Below, piece after piece: positions 12,201 to 25,217 of a stretch of DNA of 64,000 bases. Every line of letters starts with the position of its first letter. Positions within the stretch are counted from its first letter, which is position 1. The stretch is taken from positions 97,650,001 to 97,714,000 of the forward strand of contig NC_042997.1 of NCBI RefSeq assembly GCF_006345805.1, given 5' to 3'. Source of the stretch: Octopus sinensis (lineage: Eukaryota). The notes beneath the pieces were generated by a model. That model saw only the letters and a list, made by a program, of their open reading frames with translations, made no database searches and was not told the origin of the DNA. Position numbers and translations under genes: made by a program.

Positions 12201-13109
12201 CAAAATTGTCTGTGAGTTAATGGTTGAAGATGTAATGCTCCGGAAACCCAAACAACACATTATCACCTTTCTGCACACAAATGCTCTCTCTCACACACGC
12301 GCGCGCGCGCACACACACAATGTAGATATATGCACATCTATGCGTGCGTGCAGTACACAATCACTATCGCACACAATCTACTCCTTAATTGTTTCACTGA
12401 AGACCTCAGCACACAATGACAGGTGCAGCTGTTGCTGATACTGTTTAGCCCTAGGTCACTCCTGGCTGAGTAAAGCTATGAGCAAAGGCGTTCCAGCTAT
12501 AACCATCACGTTTTCCCTATGTTCAGCGCACGCATGAGCATATTATCTAACCCGCCTTTTAAAACGGTAAAGTGTGATTTGTACGCATTTAGTTGCTATT
12601 ATTAGCAGACCGAACGACCACATATAAATTCTCACTTTTGTTCGACTGCACCTGTTGTTAATTTGTGGTAGAACATCTAATCCTTATATTACGGAATCAT
12701 TATTTGCAGTTATTGTGTACTTGAGACCATGAAGACTAAATCCAGCTTTGTAAAGATAATTTCTTTCAAATTAATGCGATAAATAGATAATTAATGGAAC
12801 TGATTGATATTTTTCAACCAATGTCTCATTTAAAGATATTCCAAGAACCATTGTTGACTGTTTCACTTTCTTTTATTCATTACTCCCTTCTTTATTTCAT
12901 TTTTAGCAATCACCAATCCTTGAAGATATGTGAGAATTTTTTTTTTTTTACTTCCTCTCCCGACGAAGTACTAAAGTCCGAAACATTGAACACACTCTTA
13001 TTTCTTTATCACAGCGTAAACCTCATATTGATACACTGTGTACTCTTGATCGTTATTTTTCGTTGTTTTAGTTTGGTCGTCATATTTTTCACAGGATTAT
13101 TTATCAAGT

Positions 13110-13495
13110 TGGTACAGTCGTAAAAGCGTAATAGAAATGTTTTGCAATATTGCTAATGATTATTTACGTTCCGAGTTCGAATCCCGCTGAGGCTAATTCT
13201 ACCTTTCATCTTTGCCGTTGATAGAATAAATTTCCAGTCAAGTACTGGCGATGAAGGTGTCGACTAAGCCTTCTAATGTAAGGCCTTATGCACATATTCG
13301 AAACAATTCTTATTAGTAGAAGCGTTAACGCGTCGGAGAAAATGTTTAGCGGCATTTCGTCCATCTTTACGGTCTGAGTTCAAATTCCACCGAGGTAGAT
13401 TTTGCCTTTCGTTAAGTACTGGGGTTGTTGTGATCTACTTACCCACTCCCCAGAAATTTCAGGCCCTTGTGCCTATAGTAGAAAGGATTATTATT
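13110..13495 (+). mobile_element. Two degenerate SINE copies (family B; tail ...ggcccttgtgcctatagtagaaagg-ATT)
   Basis: B-box-like gttc(c/t)gagttc(g/a)aat(c/t)cc; shared body actttgcctttcatc. Confidence 0.75.
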
Positions 13496-13537
13496 ATTAT
13501 CATTATTATTATTATTATTATTATTATATTATTATTA

Positions 13538-13625
<88 letters not shown>

Positions 13626-13917
13626 GAGGGTGCATGGTCTAGTGGTTAGGGTGTTGCATTCACGATCGTGAGACCGTGGTTTCAATTCCAGGACCAGGTA
13701 GTGCGTTGTGCTCTTGAGCAAAAACTTAATTTCATGCTGCTCTGCGACCACTTCGACGCCTGACGCGTGGCACACCGTGCACCAGTTCAGACCACGTCAA
13801 CTTGAATGAACTAAAGTACGGCACATACATTTGGTCACTATAAGCAAATCATTTGTGCAGGTCATTCGACAATAGTTGAACGCTCATACGTCGTCTTCGA
13901 CGGGAGAGTCCATCATC
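13626..13917 (+). mobile_element. tRNA-headed SINE, different family (second copy at 20005-20279 on -)
   Basis: A box TGGTCTAGTGG, B box GGTTTCAATTCC; body gactataagcaaat shared with the 20 kb copy; 3' end cgtcgtcttcgacgggagagtccatc. Confidence 0.8.
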
Positions 13918-13922
13918 GTCAC

Positions 13923-14620
13923 GGGCGAGCTTAGCAGAATTGTTAGCACGCCGGGCGAAATGCTTAGCGGTATTTCATCTGCCGCTACGTTCAGAGTTCA
14001 AATTCCGCCGAGGGGTCGACTTTGCCTTTCATCCTTTCGGGGTCGATTAAATAAGTACCAGTTACACACTGGGGTCGATATAATCGACTTAATCCGTTTG
14101 TCTGTCCTTCTTTGTCCTCTCTGTGTTCAGCCCCTTGTGGGTAGTAAAGAAATAGGTATTTCGCTCGTCTTTTCGTTCTGAGTTCAAATTCCACCGTGGT
14201 CCGCTTTGCCTAAAGCGGCGAGCTGCCAGAAACGTTAGCACGCTGGGCGAAATGCTTAGCGGTGTTTCGTCTGCAGTTACGTTCTGAGTTCAAATTCCGC
14301 CGAGGTCGACTTTGCCTTTCATCCTTTCGGGGTCGATAAATTAAGTACCAGTTACGCACTGGGGTCAATGTAATCGACTTAATCCGTTTGTCTGTCCTTG
14401 TTTGTCTCCTCTGTGTTTAACCCCTTGTGGGTAGTAAAGAAATAGGTATTACGCCCGTCTTTAAGTTCTGAGTTCAAATTTCGCCTAGGTCGACTTTGCC
14501 TTTCATCCTTTCAGGATCGATAAATCAAGTACCTGTGAAACACTAAGATCGATGTAATCGATTATACCCCACCACACACCCAAATTTCAGCCCTTGTGCC
14601 TTTAAGAGAAAGGATTATTA
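13923..14620 (+). mobile_element. Nested SINE cluster: two family-A SINEs each followed by the downstream half of a family-B SINE
   Basis: A tail ...ccccttgtgggtagtaaagaaata|GGTATT at 14155 and 14445, each followed by cgtcttt..gttctgagttcaaat; B tail ends at ~14615. Confidence 0.85.
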
Positions 14621-15399
14621 TTATTATTATTGCTGTTGCTGCTCCAACCATAACTATTCCGTCTCATTTATGTTATATTTAGAATTACAATATCCAGAGT
14701 ATCCTTTTTTTTTTTATTAAATCGACGAGACCTTTGACTAGGTCGATTGGCCACGTACAAGTTCTCTCCTTGGTTTGAAACGAAAAAGAACCTGATTAGT
14801 CCAACGTGAGAAGCTTCCACAGAATTTCTGTGAAGCAACATTTTGTTTCTGGACACACGACAAAAGCCATTTTAATTTATGGCCCTACTTGACAGCTGAG
14901 TAAAATAAAACGTAGAATTATGTATACTTCGCAAATACACACTTTTTTAATCTTCCGTGCCTTTCGTCTCTCTTGTGTAAAAGAAACCACCACTGATTCT
15001 GAAGTAATACGATACAAGTAACCACGTGATTAACAGCTCGTCACCATTTCTACAACGTGACCTTCGTCATTTATAACATAATTCCGAATGGTTAAATTCA
15101 CTTTGTCTAAAAAAATCCCAGGAATTTATTGTGCCAACATTACTGATATAGCTGTGATTTTGGAACATTAAGACGTGTTTCTTTATCTTGTAATGCCGGA
15201 CTCAACTTACTACAGAGCTAAAGAAAAGAAAAGAAAGAAAGCCGGTAATGGCTTTCTGAAGAAGGAAATATATGTTAGGCAATCAAACTACCTAAATACT
15301 CAATGTATGTTTGAAACGTATTTTGTGATAGGATTGAATGAAAGAAAGGATGAACACACACGCACACACATAGGTTTCAAATTTTGGGAGAAGGCCAGC

Positions 15400-15575
15400 A
15401 ATTTTGGAGAAGGGGTAAATCTATTATATCGACACCAGTGCTCATCTAGTATTTATTTTATCGACCTAGAAAGAATGAAAGGTAAAAATCGACCTCACCA
15501 GAATTTGACCTCAGAACGTAAAGACGGACGAAATGTCGCTGAGAATTTTACCCGGCGAGTTAACGATTCTTCTAA
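15400..15575 (-). mobile_element. Degenerate SINE (family A/B body)
   Basis: Reverse complement of gttctgaggtcaaattctggtgaggtcgattttacctttcattc. Confidence 0.7.
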
Positions 15576-15587
15576 TTGGCCTTATAT

Positions 15588-15649
<62 letters not shown>

Positions 15650-15836
15650 ATGTTATAATAAATACAATTTTACACTGAATCAAAGCATATATATATATAT
15701 ATATACATGTGTGTGTGTGTGTATGTATATATTGATAGAAATGGTAAGACAACAAAAGAATGAAAGAGACCTCAATATTATGTAAATAGAGGAATTTATC
15801 TGTAAATGTAATATGTGACAATTATTCAGTAGCTAT

Positions 15837-15897
15837 GATAAAACACCGAGTTTCGGATGTCGGGGTGGAAATCCAGGCTGCCATCTCTTCAGTTATC
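15837..15897 (-). ncRNA. Type I hammerhead-like motif (GUU triplet) in a Penelope-like repeat
   Basis: Minus strand GAUAA-CUGAAGA-GAUG[..]CAUC-C-GAAA-C-UCGGU-GU-U-UUAUC; stem I GAUAA/UUAUC; one extra nt in stem II. Confidence 0.45.
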
Positions 15898-15953
15898 CGG
15901 CCATCGGAAAAAATGCTATCCACATTTGTCACATATTTACAGATATATATTAC

Positions 15954-16014
<61 letters not shown>

Positions 16015-16047
16015 ATATAAACTGCCCGACGAACGGGAACGTGAAAC

Positions 16048-16119
<72 letters not shown>

Positions 16120-17117
16120 TACATATATATAAAATACAAAATGGGACAAGAACGCAAAAAATCAAGACAGGTGAAAAAAAAAAAGGCAACCAAATATCCA
16201 GTGGTTTTTGTCACTGTTTACAATTCTGTTCCAATTGTTTTCAAATTTGGTATATGAGTTACGTTTTGTAAAAATTTGCAAAATTTGAGTATTTTAGCCA
16301 ATCAGAAGCGAGTATTTTACACATCGCCGCGTCGGTAAGCGTCTTTAGTGTTCATATTAATCTGTCAAATGTAATGCTTTCTTCGTGTTATTTTGAATTA
16401 TTCAGGTTCAAAGGGGTGTCTACAATATTTGCTTGTAACTTTGTAAAATATGATATACAGATTTGGATTTTTGTCATTGGGTGATTTATATACCACTGGT
16501 TTATAATTATGTAATTTTAGCTGATCTTGCTGAGTAAATTTGATTTTTATGAGCAGGTAAATTTAATTAACAGGTATAAAAGCAATAACATTATGGATAA
16601 ACACTAAAATTGAAATTCTTAATGCATCTTACCTGTTTGATTTGTTACTAAAATTATCCTAGATGGCAACCGACAAAAATTTTGCCACTTTTCAAGATGG
16701 GGTACATTAATTTGAATTAATTAAATTAATTAAATACAGATATAATCGGTACAAGATTTTATTCTTTCGGTAACTATTTCGTACCTCGGTGTGGAATAAT
16801 TTTTTTCCACAAATTTTTTCGGCTGCGTTCAACGTATCTGACCTCCAAACCCACCATAAGCCACTTTTTTCCGAAAAGAAAGGTGGGAGGGGTGGTGGGG
16901 ACTGTTCCTAAGAAATTTTCCGCTGTCTTTGCAAACAACAAGCGGGCGGATTTGGTTTCAAATCCAGGCAGGGCCAAACGAGGTCTCACAAATTATATAT
17001 AATAATAAGTGGCGTTTTATCGGGGTTTGAAAAAATGACGCGTACTATATTAAATATGCTAAGACAATCTGAAAACAATAGAAACTTTGAAACGTTTGCC
17101 GGTTTTTATGAAATTTT

Positions 17118-17255
17118 TGGGTTAACGGACTTGAGTTAACGGAAGCTAAATGTAACGGAAGTTAATTAGTCCGATAATAATTTTTCAAAGTTAACTTAAA
17201 AGTTAAACCGTTAACGAAAATGTTAATTGATTAACGGACTTACGTCCAGGTCTGT
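17118..17255. mobile_element. Possible hAT-type transposon end with repeated TTAACGGA subterminal motifs
   Basis: Multiple ttaacgga copies ending in gtccaggtctg (reverse complement starts CAG). Confidence 0.4.
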
Positions 17256-18149
17256 ATATATATATACATACACGCGCACGTACATCCGCACAGACATTCA
17301 TACAACGAGCTTTGTCTCGAAAGAAATACAAAAGTGAGAATAACTTACTTGATATTGATAAAGCCCGTTCAGATTACACTTATTGGCGGAGTAACGCTTC
17401 TTTTATACCATCGTTCTACTCAACATAGTTTATTTTACAAGTGGTTAGAATACCAACTGATAAGCCCAATTTACCGATTACCTGACTTGTTGCCAAAGAT
17501 GTGAGTGATCACACATTATTATAGTGAATGTAAACAATTTTCATATTTTTGTTCGGTCACTTTCTCCAAATGGCTTAAGAGATTTGACTATCGCAATATG
17601 TTGCTCGCTATTCACGGAACCAGCCATGTCCCAGAAAATGAAGGAGACCGACGCTCCTGTCATTCACAAAAATAGTTACCATAAGTCATTTTGCCGCTCG
17701 TATACTCTCCAACCTGCAAGAACTTCCTGTATCAAGTGACCGGCAGCGGCATAGTAGCCACAACTTCTTACACGACATGTGCTTGAACCGGCTCTGCTTC
17801 TTTGCCACAACTTCTTGTTACAGCACTTCAACTATTTTGTACCTTTCTACGAACTGGTATTTATCTTCATTGTGTTTGAACATTCTTCTAGCGTCCTATT
17901 ATAGACTCTTTCGATGCTCTGTATTTTATCTCACACGCATACACCCTTGTTTGTATATACATATACATTATGTATACTTGACGGCCTGTCTATTATATTT
18001 ATATATGTACTTATGACGCACACAGACACACATCTTAACACCTAAATAAAATCTTCTCTTAACATTCTACCGGTTGTGTCGACTCCTTTCCTTCAGGCAC
18101 TCTTACTCATTTATTCGTTTCGTAATTATTGTAAGTGACCGTGCGGTGT

Positions 18150-18550
18150 ATTAAAGGAGTCATTCATAAGTCAACTCTCCTGCGCACGGTCGTTCTTACA
18201 CTCTTTCGGATATACAAAGTCTTCCATCTTCTGTACTATACTGCGATCACAGTCCAGATGTGTGCAGTTTGTACACAGATTGTGACACATCTGCGCGGGT
18301 CAATTCGTCCATTCACTAGCCGTTCATGTCAGTAGCCGCATTTAATTATCTCCTACTGCGTGCTTTATCTTTAATACTGGTTTCCCCTTCTTTAAACTTC
18401 TACGTCCATCTGTGTATATTACTCTTGTCAATGATGTCATTTCCATAAACAACTTGTAGTTTTCTGCAAATGTCAGAGAGTCTACACTCTTCCTTCGTCA
18501 AGAACTCATCGACAGCAAGTTGCTTCTTGCTTGGAACGCGCTACTTCCAT
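18150..18550 (-). pseudogene. Highly decayed mariner transposase N-terminal fragment
   Basis: Minus strand KQLAVDEFLTKEECRLSDICRKLQVVYGNDIIDKSNIHRWT*KFKEGETSIKDKARSRR resembles the mariner HTH plus the RSGRP motif. Confidence 0.65.
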
Positions 18551-18934
18551 ACAGTGAAGAATATGTAAGAAGAGTTACATTAGAAGAAGAGTTACTCTAC
18601 CAACAAGTGCAATAACTTTCGCATGAATTCACATAAGTAAAGCACTTTTGCATTACTTTCGGGAAAACCATCGAGTATGTACACACACACATACACGCAC
18701 ACACCAACACACCCACACCCACACGCCCTATTCCTACACATGATCGTTTAGTTGTTCATAAGTCTGCAAGAAAAAAAAAACACTGTAAATTTTTCTGAGC
18801 AATAATATTTTATGCAGTCGTTGGTTGTGGTCGGTTAAGAAGTTAACATTGGTTTCACGTCTGCTATTATTCTCCTTGCATTATAGGCGAGTCATCAGAA
18901 CTGCTGGCCTGCGGCCATAACCAACGACAGTATA

Positions 18935-19061
18935 TAAGCATGGCTGTATGGTTAAGAAGCTTGCTTCTCATCCGCGTGGCTTTGGGTTCAGTCCCATTGT
19001 GCAGTTTCTTGAGCTGACCAAAGTCCTTGTGAGCGGATTTCGGAGACTGAAAGAAACCCAT

Positions 19062-19063
<2 letters not shown>
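18935..19063 (+). mobile_element. Truncated tRNA-SINE 5' part
   Basis: tggctgtatggttaagaagcttgctt...gggttcagtcccattg matches the head of the 19197-19572 SINE. Confidence 0.7.
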
Positions 19064-19121
<58 letters not shown>

Positions 19122-19196
19122 AGTGAGTGTGTGTGCGCGCGCGTGTGCGTGCGTGCATGCGTGCGCGTATGCATAAAGTTTAGGTCTGTATATATA

Positions 19197-19572
19197 CTCT
19201 TTACTCTTTTGTTTTAGTCATTGGACTGCGGCCGTGTTGGAGCACCACATTTAGTCGAGCAAATCGACCCCAGGACTTATTCTTTGGTAGCCTAGTACTT
19301 ATTCTATCGGTCTCTTTTGCCGAACCGCTAAGTTACGGGGACGTAAACACACCAGCATCGGTTGTCAAGCGATGTATGGAGGACAAACACAGACACACAA
19401 ACATATATACGACGGGCTTCTTTCAGTTTCAGTCTACCAAATCCACTCACAGGGCTTTGGTCGGCCCGAGGCTATAGTAGAAGACACTTGCCCAAAGTGC
19501 CACGCAGTGGGACTGAACCCGGAACCATGTGGTTGGTAAGCAAGCTACTTACCACACAGCCACTCCTGCGCC
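19197..19572 (-). mobile_element. Full-length tRNA-derived SINE (~375 bp)
   Basis: Head GGCGCAGGAGTGGCTGTGTGGTAAG...GGTTCAGTCCC (A and B boxes), central body, tail ggccgcagtccaatgactaaaacaaaagagtaaagag. Confidence 0.9.
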
Positions 19573-20004
19573 TATATGATAATATATATATCCCGAATTG
19601 CAATCAAATACATTCCGATGTAAGTCAGCTTTATACTAAAAAGCGCCAGGTGCAATGATTTATAGGCAGTTGCACAAATTGATGAAATATATATTGTTCT
19701 GTTCAATGTTTAAAATCACATCATATAATTCAGACTAACTATTAACAAAGGATTAACTTAATGCATTAAAAATATATATTTACAGCTGCAAACAGTCTTT
19801 GATAAAATGCAGAGATTCTTAGCGGTATAGTATTTTGTTTCAGTATAATACACTCGCACGGTGGCGGCGGCAATGGATCAACGTCGTTTGAAGACAATTG
19901 TTTGCTCGAGCAACTGAATTATCTGCTCTTGAATTAACATGTAAGTGGTTGAGTGTTTTGCGGACGCATGCTTAATGGTAGTCTCTCTCTTGTCCGAGAA
20001 AGAT

Positions 20005-20279
20005 GGTTCTGTAATTTATTGCTGAACAACCTGTACAGAGATAATTTGCTTATAGTAATCAAATGTTTGTGCTGCACTTTAGTTCACTTCATCCATTAAA
20101 TCGGCATTATCTGTACAGATGAACGGTAGTGCCACGCGACAGATGTCGAAGTGATCACGGAGCAACGTGAGATGAAGTGTTTTGCTTACTAGCAGAACGC
20201 GCCGTTCAGTCCGAGAATTGAACATTCGATCTTGTGATCGTGAATGCAACACCCCCTAACCACTAGGCCACGTGCCCTC
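20005..20279 (-). mobile_element. tRNA-headed SINE, same family as 13626-13917
   Basis: gagggcacgtggcctagtggttagg..gtgttgcattcacgatc on the minus strand. Confidence 0.8.
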
Positions 20280-20352
20280 ATTAGGACACATGTTCTCTTA
20301 ATACAATTCTCGAGCAGAATCAGATTGGCACAGTTTGTTCCTCTACCTAGAA

Positions 20353-20856
20353 CAGGGGTGGGGAAACTTTTTAGTGCGGCAGGCAAAAATTTCCAATGGA
20401 AAAGGCCCGCAGACAGTCCACAACTCTTATATCTGTATAAATCTTGTATATACTTTAATAAAGATTAGTTTAACACATTGAATTAACGCGTAAGATCTTC
20501 ATTAACGCCGCCACTGAATTTAGGACGTTTATATTACTTATGCGGTATTCTATATTTTTCAGCTAGAGTGTAAGTGGGTCCGAAGGGGCTGGTACAAACC
20601 TAGCAATATGTGATTTATAGTGAAAACAAAATTTCCATTCAAATGCCAATTACGAGACGATTTCTGTTTGAGTCTAACTGTTTTAAGTCGTAGTCGAAAC
20701 GCGACCTATGTCGAAAATAGGTATATGAATAGTGTAAAAATTTTATAATTGGAAAATTTATTATATTTTGTTCATACGAGTATATCAGTCTGCGGGCGCA
20801 ATAGAATGTGATCGCAGGCGCAATTGCGCTCGCGGGCGGGGATTTCCCCATCCCTG
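20353..20856. mobile_element. Non-autonomous hAT element (MITE), 504 bp
   Basis: TIR CAGGG(G/A)TGGGGAAA at both ends; perfect 8-bp TSD ACCTAGAA at 20345-20352 and 20857-20864. Confidence 0.92.
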
Positions 20857-20869
20857 ACCTAGAAGAATA

Positions 20870-21070
20870 GAATGAACTAAGTGGAGTAAGAGCACACACG
20901 AGGACGGACAGTGTCGCTGAAGAGATCACAGATGTGTGACGAAAGATTTCCGGACAATGGACATGAGCTGAAATAAGAACAGTAATAAACGAGTGAAGAA
21001 CAAATATATAGTGCGTGTGTTTATTTGGCAAAAAAAAAAAATGACCGTTCCGAAATACAATAATCTGTTT
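20870..21070 (+). repeat. Dispersed repeat; empty-site paralog of the MITE insertion at 62574-63008
   Basis: gacgaaagatttccggacaatggacatgag...aataaacgagtgaagaaCAAATATAtagtgcgtgtg matches the joined flanks 62440-62573 and 63017-63100. Confidence 0.85.
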
Positions 21071-21120
21071 CAACACACGGTTTCACATCATGATCTTGCA
21101 ACACAAATTCATAAACGTTA

Positions 21121-21640
<520 letters not shown>

Positions 21641-22944
21641 AACAAAACGCCGTCTCAAAAGAGAAGGGGAAACTATGGTATCTCTCCAACGAAGCAGTTG
21701 TTTCGTCCCACACTCTCTTACTCTCACTCTCACTATCTCACTTATTTCCTCTAACAACGTCACTCGATCTCTTTCTGTAGATTACTACTAAGCTAATGTG
21801 TACACAAACTATACAAGAAAAAATCTTTATTGGAATTTCAACATCAACAACGGTATTTTCGTATGTATGTATGTATGTATGTATATATATATATGTATGT
21901 ATGTGTGTATGTATGTATGTTTGTATGTATGTATGTTTGTATGTATGTGTGTGTGTGTGCATATGTATGCATACCTGTTGGTATCACACATTGAAGTAGT
22001 TCTTTACATCACACAGAGTTTGAATAATAATTTGTTTTTCACTTATCTTACGAAATCGATGCTAATGGTATCGTATTGCCGATATATGTATTGCTAAAAT
22101 ATTCTTCATCCAATATAAAATGTTGAGAAAGATACGGCCATTTTGAAACCTGGTCGATGAGGACACAACTTTCGTGTGTTGAGTATTGGGACGAAATAAA
22201 TTATGAGTTAAAATTCTTTTAGATCATGTCACATGTTTTCCTTTGCCAAAAAATATATCTTATATAGTTTCCTTCTCGTTAGTTCTCGTGCCAAAAGCAT
22301 ATACCTAAGTATGTGTACCCATGCATGCGCTCTATATATACACATATACACACATATACACGAGTCCAGGCGTTTGCGCGGTTATTGTAACAGTAAAGTA
22401 GAAACAGAAAAATTCTTAGTTTTGTGAATATCTTCGACAAATGCTGGTGGTGTTATTGCAGTAAGATCAATATGTGTGTACATGTTCAGTGAATATGTGT
22501 TTGTACAATGGGTACTCTAAAACTGTTTCGTGCCTGTTGTTGTTGGGGATCGTCACTGGAGTTCAGTTATTGATGGCGTGTTTGGTTTACAATTATTAAC
22601 AGCGTACAGACTTTTTAACCTTTTAACATTTAAACAAGCCATATCAGGCTCAAATATTGTATTTATTTTATATTCGAACCAGCCAGATCCTACCTCTTAC
22701 ACCAACCCTGGAAAGTCATTCTAAAAATAAAGTACTGCGTCATCAAAATTTCAAAGCTATCATTATTTTAAAAGAATACGAATAAATAAGCATTAAATTT
22801 GCAAGATCAATCTGAATAGGGGTTGAGGGAAGGTTTCAATTAGATTAAGCATGACCTGGTGGAGTTTATGAGTTAGGGACCGCGTTATTGTTCCAACGAA
22901 TAACACTGTATAGCAAAACTTTTACTGATTTTTTCTTTGTCTTT

Positions 22945-23290
22945 GGTCAGTAAGTCTTTTTTTTTTTTCCTATTTGCTTCTATCTAGAAATCAAAGGAAA
23001 TGACTACTATTCTCTTCAAACTTTGCTTTTGTGACCTGGACATTAGTGTTTTGACACTGACCTATTTTCCATTACATTTCAGGCGTATTCAGTGCTGAGT
23101 TGCTGAAGCAGAAATATCGTTATAGCAAATATTCTGCTCAAAACCACAGAATTTGTTTCTCAGTTGCTTGGCCTTAACCATTTGAGCATGGTTTTTTTGT
23201 GGCTGACAATATGTGCATCTCTGATCATGAGCAGGAGTAGTTAGAGAGCATCATAGCCATGTGTTGAGAGAAATTCTTTTGGAATTGAAT
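22945..23290 (+). repeat. Dispersed repeat family D (inverted copy at 48655-49002)
   Basis: ctagaaatcaaaggaaat...gctgaagcagaaatatcgttatagcaaatattctgctcaaaaccacagaattt...ccatgtgttgagag. Confidence 0.85.
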
Positions 23291-24106
23291 AAATATAACA
23301 AAAGAAAAGTGTGAAAGAAAGAAATATTAGCCATTTTTCATACTTCCAAGGGAAATAAGAAATATCAGTTGCTACCCAAGGACAAAACCCTGTTACACAG
23401 TGTAATTCATCCTGCATTCGAATTTTCTTCTTGAGTGACACTGGTTTCAGGCAGTCAACCGCTAAGAGTTTGTAGCATATAGCAATATATTGCGACAAAC
23501 AGCTGCAAAAGACAGTGTTATCTGGCAGTGCGACAGCCTATTCTATGGTAGTTGAATGGTTATGAATTGTCGACATTCCTTATGTAATGTGCAAGGATGT
23601 AGCAGGGCGGAGAGAAGTATTGGGCTGGTTTACCAGGAAAAAGGCAAATTTGATAGATCAAATTAAGTACAAGCAGTTTTCTTTAATCAGTAGATATATT
23701 TAATTATCAAACATTTAGGTCATAGCTAGAAATGTGTATGTGCATCTGCTGTGTGTGTGTGTGTGTGTGTGGTGTATGTATGTATGTATGTATGTATGTA
23801 TGTATGTATGTATGTGTATGTATGTATGCATGTATGTGCGTGTATATATGTGTATATACGTATGTATGCATATATACACACACACATACACAATATATAT
23901 ATATATATGTATATATATATACAGATGTGTGTATTTTGCCCTTGTTTACAATTAACACGGAAAAAATAAACAGTTACCAGGGTAGCAAAAAATAACACAA
24001 GTAAAAAGGGCGTAATACCTTGTTTTCAAAGGTAGAAACTCCAGGTTTTGCATAATATATATAAACAAATAAATGAGTTAAACGCAGGTGTTATTAAAAT
24101 TCTTTT

Positions 24107-24195
24107 ACTTCCGACACATGTTTCGAAGATATCATTGGTATTATTCCAAAGGAATAAAATGGTCTAAAACAATGTAATCTTCTCTTCAGGGAAAT
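24107..24195 (-). ncRNA. Type I minimal hammerhead ribozyme with canonical core (GUC cleavage triplet)
   Basis: Minus strand AUUUCC-CUGAAGA-GAAGAU[loop]AUCUUC-GAAA-CAUGUG-UC-GGAAGU; stem I 6 bp, stem II at least 6 bp opening with G-C, palindromic ACAUGU in stem III. Confidence 0.8.
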
Positions 24196-24799
24196 GAATA
24201 AAACTCGTCAATAAGACATTTTAACAGAATATGACGGATATGTATAGTGATGAACTGAACGCTGTTAAGTTTTTTTTAAAAAAAAACGTTGGAGGATATA
24301 ACGTCAAAAATAGACTATAGAAAGAGGAGTGGTAAAGGAAAGAAAAAATCAGAAACCAAATAAATGAGAAATATAGAACGATATGTAAATTAAATAAAAC
24401 CCTAAAGTCTTGGAAAAAGATATACCTAGTGAAAGTGAAATGTAAGAAGAAAATCAATGTTTGAATTATAGATAATGGTAGATATCACTTATATGAACTA
24501 AAGGTGTGTTTCTGCCAATGTTTACATTGGTAAGCACGCTCTGTAACCGTGTTTACAAGTGGATTTTTAGAAAAAAGAATAAAAAGTAATAATAAATCTC
24601 TGAACGAGATGTAAACAGTAACTGCTCGACAACGTAAAGTATACTAGCCATCTCAATATGGCTAACCGCTAAGGGTGGGTGTTACTGTAACTTTTAGTCC
24701 CTGGATATCATCGTCTCCAGCTGGCTTTTTGGCACACTTTCTGTGCCCTTATGGTATTTGAAAAGGGAGGTCATCCCTCTCTCGTAAACCTAAGTGATA

Positions 24800-24845
24800 C
24801 GCACGGACTGCAGTTTCGAGGTATTTGCCTCTTGTCAAGGTACGG
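24800..24845 (-). ncRNA. Hammerhead-like motif with U3/A8 core
   Basis: CGUACC-UUGACAA-GAGG-CAAAUA-CCUC-GAAA-CUGCAG-UC-CGUGCG. Confidence 0.6.
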
Positions 24846-25217
24846 AAATCACCGGTTTTCGATGAAGGGAGACCTGTTTGCAAATACTTATTGTTTTTCC
24901 CAGTAACTTCCGTCACTGATTTCGAAAAACTGTCTGCAAGCAATAATAAATCTCTGAACGAGATGTAAACAGTAACTGCTCGACAACGTAAAGTATACTA
25001 GCCATCTCAATATGGCTAACTGCTAAGGGTGGGTGTTACTGTAGCTTTTAGCCCCAGGAGATCATCGTTTCCAGCTGGCTTTAGGCACACTATCTGTGCC
25101 CTTATGGTATTTGCAAAGGGAGGTCATCCCTCTCTCGTAAATCTAAGTGATACGCACGGACTGGGGAAAACAATAAGTATTTGCAAACAGTCTCTCTTCA
25201 TCGAAAACGGTGATTGC

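Noticed and set aside
11759-12220. Poly-Pro, poly-His and poly-Leu ORFs
   Set aside because: Compound trinucleotide microsatellites, open in several frames
12950-12995. Hammerhead motif CCGACGA-A-GTAC-TAAA-GTCC-GAAAC
   Set aside because: U4 is mutated, stem II is mismatched and no stem I or cleavage triplet could be formed; at best a dead relic
13626-13700. tRNA gene (also 19500-19572, 20210-20279, 30965-31040)
   Set aside because: A and B boxes are present but there is no complete acceptor stem, and each continues into a SINE body
16018-16052. Hammerhead motif CCGACGA-A-CG-GGAA-CG-T-GAAAC
   Set aside because: Core is altered, stem II is 2 bp and the flanks are replaced by (AT)n
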